Shown here: in pieces, positions 26,243 to 35,156 of the stretch
Layout: the number at the start of each line of letters is the position of its first letter
How positions within the stretch are numbered: position 1 is the first letter of the stretch
Assembly (NCBI GenBank): GCA_938074535.1
Contig: CALJER010000007.1
Location: forward strand, 1-37,726
From: an uncultured archaeon
GTDB taxonomy: Archaea; Hadarchaeota; Hadarchaeia; Hadarchaeales; WYZ-LMO6
Direction of reading: 5' to 3'
DNA: 37,726 bases
Made by a program: the position numbers and the translations under genes
Notes under the pieces: model-generated
The model's database searches: none
Seen by the model: only the letters and a program-made list of their open reading frames with translations
Told to the model about the DNA's origin: nothing

Positions 26243-27401
26243 AGAAGTACCTCATGAGGGTCTCCAAGTCCTTGTCTCCCCTCCCGGAGAAGTTGACCAC
26301 CACCACCTCCCCCCTCGAGAACTCCTCCGGATGGTTCAGCAGGAAGGCCAGGGCGTGGGCGGTCTCGAGGGCGGGGAGGAGGCCCTCGGCCCTGCAGGTG
26401 GTCCTCACGGCCTCGAAGACCTCGCGGTCGAAGGCATGGCAGGCCTTCACGCGTCCGGTCTCGCAGAGGTGGGAGAGCTCCGGTCCCCTACCGGGATAGT
26501 TGAGCCCCGCGGCCCTGGTCTTCGAGGGCTTCACCTGACCGTGCTCGTCCTGGAGGAGCTGCATGAGGGCTCCGTGCAGCACCCCTGGTCTCCCCAGCCT
26601 GAAGGCGGCGGCGCTGTTGTCCGCCTCCAGGCTCTCCCCCCCTCCCTCCACGAAGTAGAGCCTCACCCCCTCGTCCTGCAGGAAAGCCCTGAAGGCCCCC
26701 AGCGCGTTGCTGCCCCCGCTCCCGCAGGCCACGATGGCGTCCGGCAGTCTCCCCTCCCTTTCCAGGATCTGCTGCCTGAGCTCCCTCCCTATCACGCTCT
26801 GGAAGGTGGCCACTATCTCCGGGAAGGGGTGGGGGCCCACCGTGGAGCCCATGAGGTAGTGGGTGGTCCCGGTGCACCTTGCCCACTCCCTCAGGGTGTC
26901 GGAGACAGCGTCCTTCAGCACCCCCGAGCCCGTGCTCACGGGGGTCACCTTCGCCCCCAGGAGGAGCATGCGCTTCACGTTGCTGGCCTGCCTCTCCATG
27001 TCCTTCACCCCCATGAAGATCTCCACCTCCATCCCCACCACGTTGCCCGCCATGGCCGTGGCCAGGCCGTGCTGCCCGGCGGCGGTCTCCGTGATGAGCC
27101 TGGTCTTCCCCATCCGCCTGGCGAGGAGGGCCTGCCCCAGGCAGTTGTTGAGCTTGTGGGAGCCTCCCGTGACCAGGTCCTCCCTCTTCAGGTAGACCCT
27201 GCAGCCCGTGAGCTCGCTCAGCCCCCTCGCGTGGTAGAGGGGGGTGGGACGGCCGGCGTAGTCCCTCAGGAGGAGGCCGAGCTCGCGCTGGAACTCCGGA
27301 GTGGGATAGATCCTCTCGAAGGCCTCCTCCAGCTCCTCCAGCGCGTGCATGAGGACCTCGCTCACGTACTGCCCTCCGAACCTGCCGAACCTCCCCTTCA
27401 T
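26232..27401 (-). CDS. trpB: Tryptophan synthase beta chain (TrpB1 type)
   Basis: FGRFGGQYV, LKREDL, SHKLNN (PLP lysine), GQHG, SGRGDKD. Confidence 0.96.
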   Translation of the reverse strand: MKGRFGRFGGQYVSEVLMHALEELEEAFERIYPTPEFQRELGLLLRDYAGRPTPLYHARGLSELTGCRVYLKREDLVTGGSHKLNNCLGQALLARRMGKTRLITETAAGQHGLATAMAGNVVGMEVEIFMGVKDMERQASNVKRMLLLGAKVTPVSTGSGVLKDAVSDTLREWARCTGTTHYLMGSTVGPHPFPEIVATFQSVIGRELRQQILEREGRLPDAIVACGSGGSNALGAFRAFLQDEGVRLYFVEGGGESLEADNSAAAFRLGRPGVLHGALMQLLQDEHGQVKPSKTRAAGLNYPGRGPELSHLCETGRVKACHAFDREVFEAVRTTCRAEGLLPALETAHALAFLLNHPEEFSRGEVVVVNFSGRGDKDLETLMRYFYGA

Positions 27402-28165
27402 GCCAGGGCCTCCACCAGCTCCCTCACCTTGCCCCTCACATCCTTTGCCCTCATGAGGGAAGTACCCACCAGAACCGCGTGGGCCCCCGCGCGCAGCATC
27501 CTCCTCACCTCCTCGGGGGTCCCTATTCCGCTCTCGCTCACCACCGTGATGCCGGGGGGGACGAGGGGGGCCAGCCTTTCCGTTCTGGAGAGGTCTACCT
27601 CCAGCGTGTCCAGGTCGCGGTTGTTGATGCCCACCAGCTCCGCACCAGCCGAGAGGGCCTGTTCAAGCTCCTCCTCGTCCGTCACCTCCACCAGGGCTTC
27701 CATTCCCTCCTTCCTCACCAGGGAGAGGAAGAAGGGCAGCTCCTCCCCCAGCACCCTGACGATGAGGAGGAGGGCATCGGCCCCCAGCCCGGCCGCCTCC
27801 TCCACCTGGTAGGGGTCCACCACGAAGTCCTTGCAGAGGAGGGGAACCCCCAGAACGCTGAGCTCCCGCAGGAAAAGCGGGTCCCCGCCGAAGTATTTGC
27901 GCTCCGTTAGCACGGAGAGGGCCACGGCGCCCCCCTCCACCATCTCCCTTCCCACCGCCAGGGGGTCGGCATGCGGGGAGAGCTCCCCCTCGGAGGGGGA
28001 GGCCCGCTTCACCTCCGCTATGAGGGGGACAAGCCTGGCCCTCCTTATGCCCTCCCTCAGGCTCCTCTTCGCACGCGGGGGGGGAAGCCCCTGGAAGGGC
28101 CTCTCGGCCTTCCTCCTCTCCACCTCCCTCCTGACCTCCCCCAGGATCTCCTCCAGCACCCTCAC
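27398..28165 (-). CDS. trpC: Indole-3-glycerol phosphate synthase
   Basis: IAEVKRASPS, SVLTE, KDF, GINNRDL, SESGI. Confidence 0.96.
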   Translation of the reverse strand: MRVLEEILGEVRREVERRKAERPFQGLPPPRAKRSLREGIRRARLVPLIAEVKRASPSEGELSPHADPLAVGREMVEGGAVALSVLTERKYFGGDPLFLRELSVLGVPLLCKDFVVDPYQVEEAAGLGADALLLIVRVLGEELPFFLSLVRKEGMEALVEVTDEEELEQALSAGAELVGINNRDLDTLEVDLSRTERLAPLVPPGITVVSESGIGTPEEVRRMLRAGAHAVLVGTSLMRAKDVRGKVRELVEALA

Positions 28166-29217
28166 TTCCTTCCCTCCAGCTCCTCCATCCTCCCCAGGTC
28201 CCCTCCCGTGGCCCTCACGAAGGCCCTGAGCTTTTCCAGGGCCCTGCCTGAATCCAGGACCTCCGAGCCGAGCTGCAGACCCTCCAGGAGGTCCGAGGCC
28301 TTCCCCCCCACCACCAGAGCGGCCGAGGCGTTCAGGAGGACGATGTCCCTCCTGGGTCCCCCTTCCCCCCCCAAGATCCGCAGGAGGACCCCGGCGTTCT
28401 CCTCCGGCCCACCTCCCTCCAGGTCCCGAGGTCTGGCCCTCTCCAGCCCCACTTCCTCGGGCCTCACCCTGAAGGTCCTCACCTCCCCTTCCTTCAGCTC
28501 CGAGACCTGGGTCTCCCCAAGGGTGGAAAACTCATCCAGACCGTCCAGACCGTGGACCACCATGGCCCGCTCGCATCCCAATTCCCTGAGGACCAGGGCC
28601 AACTTCTCGGTGAGGCCCGGTTCAAAAACCCCCAGGAGCTGGGCCCCGGCCCCGGCAGGGTTGGTGAGGGGTCCGAGCACGTTGAAGACCGTCCTGATGC
28701 CCATTTCCCTCCTCACCTGAGCCAGGTGCCTCATGGCCGGATGGAAGACGGGGGCAAACATGAAGCCCACCCCCGTCCTCTCCAAGCATCTCTCCACCTC
28801 GGGAGGGGGAAGGTCTATGACCGCACCCAGGGCTTCGAGCACGTCGGCGCTCCCCGCCTTGCTGGTGACCGAGCGGTTGCCGTGCTTGGCCACGGGCACG
28901 CCCGCTCCGGCCACCACGAACATCGCGGCGGTGCTTATGTTGAAGGTCTTTATCCTGTCCCCGCCCGTGCCGCAGGTATCCACCAGCCTCCCGCCCACCC
29001 TCGGCCTGACCTTAAGGCAGAACTCCCTCATGGTCCTGGCGAAGGCCGTGAGCTCCCCCACCGTCTCTCCCTTCATCCGCAAAGCGGTGAGGAAGGCCGC
29101 CGCCTGAGCAGGTGCCGCCTCCCCTGACATCAGGCACCGCATGGCTTCCGCCGCCTCCTCCTCCGTTAGGTGCGAAAAGCGCAGGAGCTTCTCCAGGCAC
29201 TTCTGAAGGACGCTCAC
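28162..29217 (-). CDS. trpD: Anthranilate phosphoribosyltransferase
   Basis: DTCGTGGD, FNIST, KHGNRS, GPLTNP, GLDE. Confidence 0.96.
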   Translation of the reverse strand: MSVLQKCLEKLLRFSHLTEEEAAEAMRCLMSGEAAPAQAAAFLTALRMKGETVGELTAFARTMREFCLKVRPRVGGRLVDTCGTGGDRIKTFNISTAAMFVVAGAGVPVAKHGNRSVTSKAGSADVLEALGAVIDLPPPEVERCLERTGVGFMFAPVFHPAMRHLAQVRREMGIRTVFNVLGPLTNPAGAGAQLLGVFEPGLTEKLALVLRELGCERAMVVHGLDGLDEFSTLGETQVSELKEGEVRTFRVRPEEVGLERARPRDLEGGGPEENAGVLLRILGGEGGPRRDIVLLNASAALVVGGKASDLLEGLQLGSEVLDSGRALEKLRAFVRATGGDLGRMEELEGRK

Positions 29218-29789
29218 TCCACCATCTCCAGGAAGTTCTGGAGGATCCTCTTACCGTGAAGGGTCAGGATGGACTCAGGATGGAACTGCACCCCGAAGAC
29301 GGGAAGCTCCCGATGCCTGATGCCCATGACCTCCCTGTCCCCATCGTCGGTCTCGCACGTGACCTCCAGCTCCGCGGGCAGGCTTTCCCTCTCCACCGCC
29401 AGGGAATGGTACCTGGTGGCCTCGAAGGGGTTGGGCACCCCCCTGAAGAGCGCGCTCCCGTCGTGCCTTATCGGGGAGGTCTTCCCGTGCACGATCCTCT
29501 TGGCCCTGCCCACCCTTCCCCCGAAGGCGTGGGCGATCACCTGGTGGCCCAGGCAAACCCCAAGGATGGGGACCTCACGGCTGAACCTCCTCACCACCTC
29601 CACGGAGATCCCCGCGTCGGAAGGGGTTCCGGGACCCGGGGAGATCACTATGGCCTCGGGCCTCACCCCTTCCACCTCCCGCAGGGAGGAGCGGTTGGTG
29701 AGCACCACAGGCTCCACTCCCAGCTCGCCCAAATACTGCACCAGGTTGTAGACGAAGGAGTCTATGTTGTCCATCACCAGCACCCTCAT
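29214..29789 (-). CDS. trpG: Anthranilate synthase component II
   Basis: DNIDSFVYNL, SPGPG, GVCLGHQ, RYHSL, QFHPES; ATG 29789 overlaps the trpE stop. Confidence 0.96.
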   Translation of the reverse strand: MRVLVMDNIDSFVYNLVQYLGELGVEPVVLTNRSSLREVEGVRPEAIVISPGPGTPSDAGISVEVVRRFSREVPILGVCLGHQVIAHAFGGRVGRAKRIVHGKTSPIRHDGSALFRGVPNPFEATRYHSLAVERESLPAELEVTCETDDGDREVMGIRHRELPVFGVQFHPESILTLHGKRILQNFLEMVE

Positions 29790-31183
29790 CTTCCCACCCC
29801 CGCCGCCAGCAGCAGGGCCATGCCCTTGTTCCTGGTCTCCAGATATTCCTTCCATCCCTCCGAATCCGCCACCACCCCCGCTCCCACCTGTACGTAGCCC
29901 TTCCCCCCCTCCACCACCATCGTGCGGATGGCTATGGCCAGGTCCGCCGTTCCCTGCTCCTGGGAAGGGGAGGGGGGCCCGAAAACTCCCACCGCCCCCG
30001 CATAGATTCCCCTCCGCGTGGGCTCCAGCTCCTCTATGATCTCCATCGCCCTCACCTTGGGTGCCCCCGTCACGGTGCCGGCGGGAAAGGTGGCCCGGAA
30101 GGCCTCCAGGGCATCCAGGCCCCGGCGGAGTTTTCCCCTGACGTGGGACACCAGGTGCTGCACGTGGCTGTACTTCTCCACCCTCATGAACTCCGTCACC
30201 TCCACCGACCCGAACTCCGAGACCCTCCCCACGTCGTTCCTCGCCAGGTCCACGAGCATCACGTGCTCGGCCCTTTCCTTCTCGTCCGACTTCAGCTCCT
30301 CCTCCAGCCTCTCGTCCTCTTCTCCCTTCCCCCTCCTCCTGGTGCCAGCGATGGGCCTCACGCTCACCTCCCCTCCCTCCACCTTCACCTGGAGTTCCGG
30401 GCTCGAGCCCATCACCGTGCGGCCGGGGAAGTCCAGCATGAACAGGTAGGGGGAGGGGTTCAGCTCCCTCAGGCGGAAGTAGAAGGCCTCGGGAGGGGGG
30501 GAAGGCGTCAGCTCCATCCTCCTGGAGAGGACCACCTGTATGGCGTCCCCCCGGTGGATGTACCTGCGGGCCTCCTCTACCATCCGCTCGAACTCCCTCC
30601 TGCTCACGTTGGTCCTCACCCTCGTCCCACCGATTTCACCCGCCGGCCCCCTCTCCTCCACCGCCTCCATCTCCCTCAGGATCCTCTCCGCTCCCTCCGC
30701 TTCCTCTCCGGGCAGGAGGTTCACGGCATAGGTCCTCTCCCCCTTCATGCCGTCGAACACCACCACCCTCTCCGGGAGGACGAACTCGAGCTCGGGGTGC
30801 CCCAGATCATCCAGGGTGTGGTCACCCAGCTCCACCTGGGAACGCACGTAGTCGTAGCCCACGTACCCCACCACCGGGCGCAGGTACCTGAGGTCAGGGG
30901 AGGCCCCTGTGAACATCTTCTCCCTCACCAGCTCCAGGGGATCTCCCCCCACCTTCCCTTCCTCCACCAGTTCTCCCCTCCTCCACAGCCTGAACTCCCC
31001 CCCCTTTACCCTCAGGTGCAGGAGGGGGGAGTAACCCACCACCGAGTACCTGGCCAGCTCACCCGGCCCCTCCGCCGACTCCAGCAGGAAGGAGGCCTCC
31101 GACCTCCCCCTTACCCCCAGGTAGAACCTGGCGGGGTCCGGGCACCCCCTCCTCCGCAGGATAAGACCTTCGGTCCTTTTCAT
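29786..31183 (-). CDS. trpE: Anthranilate synthase component I
   Basis: LLESAE, NPSPY, SSPE, PIAGT, EHVMLVDLARND, PAGTVTGAPKVRAM, AIAIRT. Confidence 0.96.
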   Translation of the reverse strand: MKRTEGLILRRRGCPDPARFYLGVRGRSEASFLLESAEGPGELARYSVVGYSPLLHLRVKGGEFRLWRRGELVEEGKVGGDPLELVREKMFTGASPDLRYLRPVVGYVGYDYVRSQVELGDHTLDDLGHPELEFVLPERVVVFDGMKGERTYAVNLLPGEEAEGAERILREMEAVEERGPAGEIGGTRVRTNVSRREFERMVEEARRYIHRGDAIQVVLSRRMELTPSPPPEAFYFRLRELNPSPYLFMLDFPGRTVMGSSPELQVKVEGGEVSVRPIAGTRRRGKGEEDERLEEELKSDEKERAEHVMLVDLARNDVGRVSEFGSVEVTEFMRVEKYSHVQHLVSHVRGKLRRGLDALEAFRATFPAGTVTGAPKVRAMEIIEELEPTRRGIYAGAVGVFGPPSPSQEQGTADLAIAIRTMVVEGGKGYVQVGAGVVADSEGWKEYLETRNKGMALLLAAGVGR

Positions 31184-31189
31184 CCCCCT

Positions 31190-31247
31190 TTTTGGGTAAT
31201 TGTACCTTTTAATACTTTATAGTATAATTTTGTTCAATAAACTGATT
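31190..31247 (-). promoter_or_regulatory. AT-rich trp operon promoter with a palindrome
   Basis: Strongly AT-rich block; TATAAAG on the minus strand about 32-38 nt upstream of trpE; inverted repeat ATACT-ttat-AGTAT at 31212-31225. Confidence 0.65.
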
Positions 31248-31474
31248 CTACCTTGGGCGTTTACCTGAACGTGTGAGGGGTGGCTCCTCGCCGGCAGCCC
31301 TTTTGCTTCCTGTCCTTTCTCGCCACCATCTTTGAGGGGAAATGCGCCGTCCACTGCTGTCTCGGCAGGCGCGTGGACCTGGATAGCAGAAAGCACTGCA
31401 CCATGCCTGCTCTCCCCTCCCTTCTTTTGCCATGAACAGTCCCACGCCCCGCAGGGACGGGGATGTTTCCCTCC

Positions 31475-31481
31475 TTAAAAA
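31475..31481 (+). promoter_or_regulatory. TATA box of the pilin-like operon
   Basis: TTAAAAA about 25-31 nt upstream of ATG 31506, implying a leaderless transcript. Confidence 0.5.
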
Positions 31482-31505
31482 GGGGCTGCCCACCAACCCC
31501 TCCCG

Positions 31506-31880
31506 ATGGACGAGAAAGGGGCGATGGACATACCCATCAAGCTGGTGATAGCCCTGGCGGTGGGGGCGATCTCCATGGGGGTCCTGACCCAGTTCGTAAA
31601 CATTTCCGAGAGGATGGTGTGGAGGGACATGAGGGTGCTCCTCTCCTACAAGGGAGGGGGATCCCTTCAGGTGAGCGTCTTCGACGCCGAGACGGGCCAG
31701 CCCCTCAACGGCGCCACGGTGGAGGTTAGGTACCCGAACGGCCTCAAGCTCCACACCCTCGGTCCCTCCTCCAGCAGCTACACCTTCCGCCTTCCCACCA
31801 GCGGAACCCCCTACCTCGCCAGGGTGAGGGTCACGCGCCCGGGCTACCTCCCCTGGGAGGGCCAGATAGCGGTGGAGTAG
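31506..31880 (+). CDS. Pilin-like protein with class III signal peptide and Ig-like (carboxypeptidase-regulatory-like) domain
   Basis: MDEKG|AMDIPIKLVIALAVGAISMGVL; VSVFDAETGQPLNGATVEV...VTRPGY. Confidence 0.75.
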   Translation: MDEKGAMDIPIKLVIALAVGAISMGVLTQFVNISERMVWRDMRVLLSYKGGGSLQVSVFDAETGQPLNGATVEVRYPNGLKLHTLGPSSSSYTFRLPTSGTPYLARVRVTRPGYLPWEGQIAVE

Positions 31881-31884
31881 GGAG

Positions 31885-32268
31885 ATGGAGTCCTTTCCCC
31901 TCGTAATCCTCCTCAGCGTCTTCCTCGCCCTCTCCACCCTCTCCCTGGGACTCAGGGGGATGGAAAGGCTGAGGGAGAGGGAGGGGAGGGAGAGAGCCGT
32001 GATGGGGTTGCAGCTCTTCCTGCAGGAGGTGAAGGCCCTGGCCCTCTCCTCCCCTGGCAGCGAGAGGGAGGTGGAGCTGGAGCTGAGAGGGGGCGAACTC
32101 CTGATCCTGGGGGAGAAGGTGGAGCTTTGGATGGGAGAGGAGAAAATCGGGGAGGGGATCCCCTCGCTACCCCTCCGCCCCTCCCCCCTCTCCCTCAGGG
32201 GAGGCAGCTACCTCCTCAGACTGGAGAAAGGGGGAAAGGTCCTCATCCTGCCCGTTTCCCCCTCTTAA
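31885..32268 (+). CDS. Hypothetical pilin-like protein (N-terminal TM)
   Basis: MESFPLVILLSVFLALSTLSL, then an amphipathic helix, SPGS and beta strands; 4 nt after the previous gene. Confidence 0.65.
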   Translation: MESFPLVILLSVFLALSTLSLGLRGMERLREREGRERAVMGLQLFLQEVKALALSSPGSEREVELELRGGELLILGEKVELWMGEEKIGEGIPSLPLRPSPLSLRGGSYLLRLEKGGKVLILPVSPS

Positions 32269-32292
32269 GGGGGAGGGAGCCAAGCCCCACGG

Positions 32293-32700
32293 ATGGGGAG
32301 CCTTCACCTCTTCCTCTCCTGCAAGACGGCGGCGGCCCTAGCCTCCATGCTCCTGCTCGTCTGCTGCCTCCACCTCCACTCCACCCTCCGCAGGGAAGGG
32401 GAGAGGGAGGAAGAAAGGGAAGCGGCGCGGGGGGTGCTGTCGACGCTGGAGCTGGCGGCCCTCCTCCCCTGCGAGGGAAGGATGGAGATCCGGCTTCCTC
32501 CCACCCGGGGAGACTTCCTCCTGAAAGGCAGGATGGAGGGAGGCAGCCAGGTGGTGGAGGCCTGGGCGCGTGGGGAGCTCCTCCTCTCCTCCATCCTCCC
32601 CCTGCCCGTCGGGAGCGGCTTCTTCCAGGAGCTCCTGAGCACGCCCTCCCGCCTTCTCGTGATCAGGCTGGAGAACCTCCTGCTGCTGGAGAGGGGGTGA
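32293..32700 (+). CDS. Hypothetical protein with an N-terminal hydrophobic helix (pilin-like operon)
   Basis: Hydrophobic N-terminus, charged helix and beta-rich C-terminus; operon context. Confidence 0.6.
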   Translation: MGSLHLFLSCKTAAALASMLLLVCCLHLHSTLRREGEREEEREAARGVLSTLELAALLPCEGRMEIRLPPTRGDFLLKGRMEGGSQVVEAWARGELLLSSILPLPVGSGFFQELLSTPSRLLVIRLENLLLLERG

Positions 32701-32704
32701 GGGG

Positions 32705-33025
32705 GTGGAGGATCTCTGCGCCTGGGTGGTGGTGCTCCTCCTCCTCTCTTCCTTCCTTCACTCCCTCTTCGCCTTCAGGGAGAACCTGGTGGGAGGGAAG
32801 CTGGAGGAAGCGGTGGCGGTAACGGAAAGAACCCTCCGCAGGCTCTGCAGGGAGCCGGGCCTCCTCGAGAACCTGAAAGGGACGGAGGAAAGGGTGGGCG
32901 TCTGGAGGGGGGAAAACCTGCTGGAGGGGAGGGAGAAACCCGGGGGAAAGGGCTCCGTGGTGCTGCCCGCGGCCCTCAAGAAAGGCTTCTCCGCCCTGCT
33001 GGTGGGGGTGGAGGCCTGGGAGTGA
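32705..33025 (+). CDS. Hypothetical pilin-like protein (N-terminal TM)
   Basis: MEDLCAWVVVLLLLSSFLHSLF; C-terminal strands ending VGVEAWE; tight spacing. Confidence 0.6.
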   Translation: MEDLCAWVVVLLLLSSFLHSLFAFRENLVGGKLEEAVAVTERTLRRLCREPGLLENLKGTEERVGVWRGENLLEGREKPGGKGSVVLPAALKKGFSALLVGVEAWE

Positions 33026-33486
33026 AAGGGGCGGCTGCCCTGCTGGACTTGATCCTCTTCTCGCTTGCGGTCTCAGCCGCCTGCCTCTCCCTGCACCTCC
33101 TCCCTCCCCCCGCGGAGGAGAGGGCCGCCTCCTCCTTCGGCAACCACCTGGCGCTGGCCCTCCAATCCGTCACCCTCGACTCCCTGGGCCTCGAGGAAGG
33201 CGGGATGAAATACAAAACGGTGCTGGGCGTGCTGGCCGAAGAAGGGGTGCTGGGGAAGGAGGAGGTGGGGGAGAAGCTGAAGGAGGCCCTTCGCGACCTC
33301 TGCGGGGGGAGGTGGTGCTGCGGGCTCAGGGTGGAAGTCCTCCGCCCTTCCGGCAAAACCGTCCTGCTGGAGCTCTCCACGGGGGAGAAAAAGGGGAGGA
33401 GGATGTACTCCGCCTCCCTCCACCGCACCCTTCCCCCTCCGGAGGTGGGGAGGGTGGAGATAAGGCTGGAGCTGTGGTCACGTTGA
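33022..33486 (+). CDS. Pilin-like protein with class III signal peptide
   Basis: MKG|AAALLDLILFSLAVSAACL; GTGA overlap with the upstream stop; ends IRLELWSR. Confidence 0.7.
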   Translation: MKGAAALLDLILFSLAVSAACLSLHLLPPPAEERAASSFGNHLALALQSVTLDSLGLEEGGMKYKTVLGVLAEEGVLGKEEVGEKLKEALRDLCGGRWCCGLRVEVLRPSGKTVLLELSTGEKKGRRMYSASLHRTLPPPEVGRVEIRLELWSR

Positions 33487-35156
33487 GAGGCTTCTTCCCC
33501 CTCACCGCCTCCGGTCTCCTGCTCCTTCTCCTCTCCCTCACGCTCTCCCTCCAAGCGGCCAGGCTGAACCTGGTGCGCTCCTCCTTCTCCCTCCAGGAAG
33601 CCTCCCTGCAGGAGCTCCTGCTGGCGGGGGTGAGCACCAGGAACGACCTGAGGGACCTCTGCAGGCACTCCGCCTACCAGGCTCTTTGGGAGGTTGGAAG
33701 GCGGGCCTCCTCCTATCCCACGGACGAGCAGAGAAGAGAGGCCGTGGAGAACCTGGCCGGGAACCTCTTTTCCAGCCTCCTCCCTTTCCTCCCCTCCCTC
33801 TACTCAGCCGTCGACGAACGCCTCCTCCTCCTTCCTGGGGAGGGAGTCGAATTCCACCTCTCCGCGGTGGAGAACGGCTTCTGCCTCCTGAAGGTAAGGA
33901 TGCCCGGAAGCAAACTCTCGGTGACCTCCCTCGATCTCTCCTCCTCCCTCTCCCTTCCTCTGGAGGAGATGGAGGTCTTCGTGGACTCCAGGTTCTTCCT
34001 CCTGCAGGACAAGATGAACCTCTTCCTCGGGAGGCTGGGGGAGGTGGAAAGGGAGTGGAGGAACGTCCAGTATCTCTCCGCCTGGGCGCAGGCCCTCTCC
34101 CTGGGGAAGGTGGAGCTCTCCCCCTCCCTCGCCGAGAAAAGCCTCCTCGCAGCCTGGTCGGCGCAGGAGCTCAGGACCTTCGGCTCCTTCGACTACTGTT
34201 CCTTCCTCCCCGATCCCCTTCCCTCCCCTCCCCGCGACAGGAAAGGGGTCCTCGACCTCCTGGAGGACCTCAGGGGGGAGACGGAATCCCTGCACGCGGA
34301 GCTGGGGGAGGAAGCGCGAAGGTGGAGGGAGAACCTCCCGCAGGTGCGGGTGCTGGAGGCGCTGGAGAGGGCGAGAAGGAGGCTGGAGGAGGTGGAGGAG
34401 AAATACCGGAGGCTCCGGTCCGCGGTGGAGGGCTCGGGTGATCCTCTCGTGGGGATGCTCTCGCAGGGAAACCCCGAGGAGTCCTGTCCCCCCTTCCTGC
34501 TCAGGCTCCGCTGGAGCCTCTCCGGAGTCCGGCACCTCCTCCTCTCCCTGGAGGAAAGGACCAAGGAAGGGGAGAACTCCCCTTCGCTCGCCACCTCCCT
34601 CGAAGGACTCCTCTCCCTCCCGGAGCGGGAGGACGGGGCCACCATGTACATGGAAAACCAGGGGACCCTCGGCTCCCTCCGCCTTCTGCTGAACGAGGCC
34701 GTGAAGGAGTTCGGCAGGGTGGCTGGACCCTCAGACCTCGAGCTCCCGGATGAGCTCCTTCTCCCCTCCCTTCCTCCGGGAGACCTCTTCCCCCCTCCAC
34801 CGGTGAGGGAGAATCCCGGCCTCTCCGTCCTGAGGGAGCTGCAGGTGAGGGAAGTGAGGTTCCGCCGCGAGGATCCCTCGGGCCTCCTGGGCCTCCCCTC
34901 CGCCACCCCCCTCATCCTCCCCTTCCTGGGGGTGAGGGTATGGTGGGCCCAGTGGAAAACGGAGGTGACGCTCGAGAGGGAACCCGTGGAGGAAATCCTC
35001 GACTACCTTTACCCAACCCTCCTCCTCCCCGGTCTTCCCTCCCGCGTGCCCCTCGCCTACCGCTTCGAGATCCCCAGGAAGAAGTTCGAGACCAGGGTGG
35101 TGGTGTTCAGCCCTAGGCCCTTCTCCGTTTTCTCCCGAGCTCACCCACCTCCCTGA
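33483..35156 (+). CDS. Large pilin-like/adhesin-like protein with class III signal peptide and central coiled coil
   Basis: TTG start in a TTGA overlap gives MRG|FFPLTASGLLLLLLSLTL; 557 aa; coiled coil LEALERARRRLEEVEEKYRRL. Confidence 0.65.
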   Translation: MRGFFPLTASGLLLLLLSLTLSLQAARLNLVRSSFSLQEASLQELLLAGVSTRNDLRDLCRHSAYQALWEVGRRASSYPTDEQRREAVENLAGNLFSSLLPFLPSLYSAVDERLLLLPGEGVEFHLSAVENGFCLLKVRMPGSKLSVTSLDLSSSLSLPLEEMEVFVDSRFFLLQDKMNLFLGRLGEVEREWRNVQYLSAWAQALSLGKVELSPSLAEKSLLAAWSAQELRTFGSFDYCSFLPDPLPSPPRDRKGVLDLLEDLRGETESLHAELGEEARRWRENLPQVRVLEALERARRRLEEVEEKYRRLRSAVEGSGDPLVGMLSQGNPEESCPPFLLRLRWSLSGVRHLLLSLEERTKEGENSPSLATSLEGLLSLPEREDGATMYMENQGTLGSLRLLLNEAVKEFGRVAGPSDLELPDELLLPSLPPGDLFPPPPVRENPGLSVLRELQVREVRFRREDPSGLLGLPSATPLILPFLGVRVWWAQWKTEVTLEREPVEEILDYLYPTLLLPGLPSRVPLAYRFEIPRKKFETRVVVFSPRPFSVFSRAHPPP

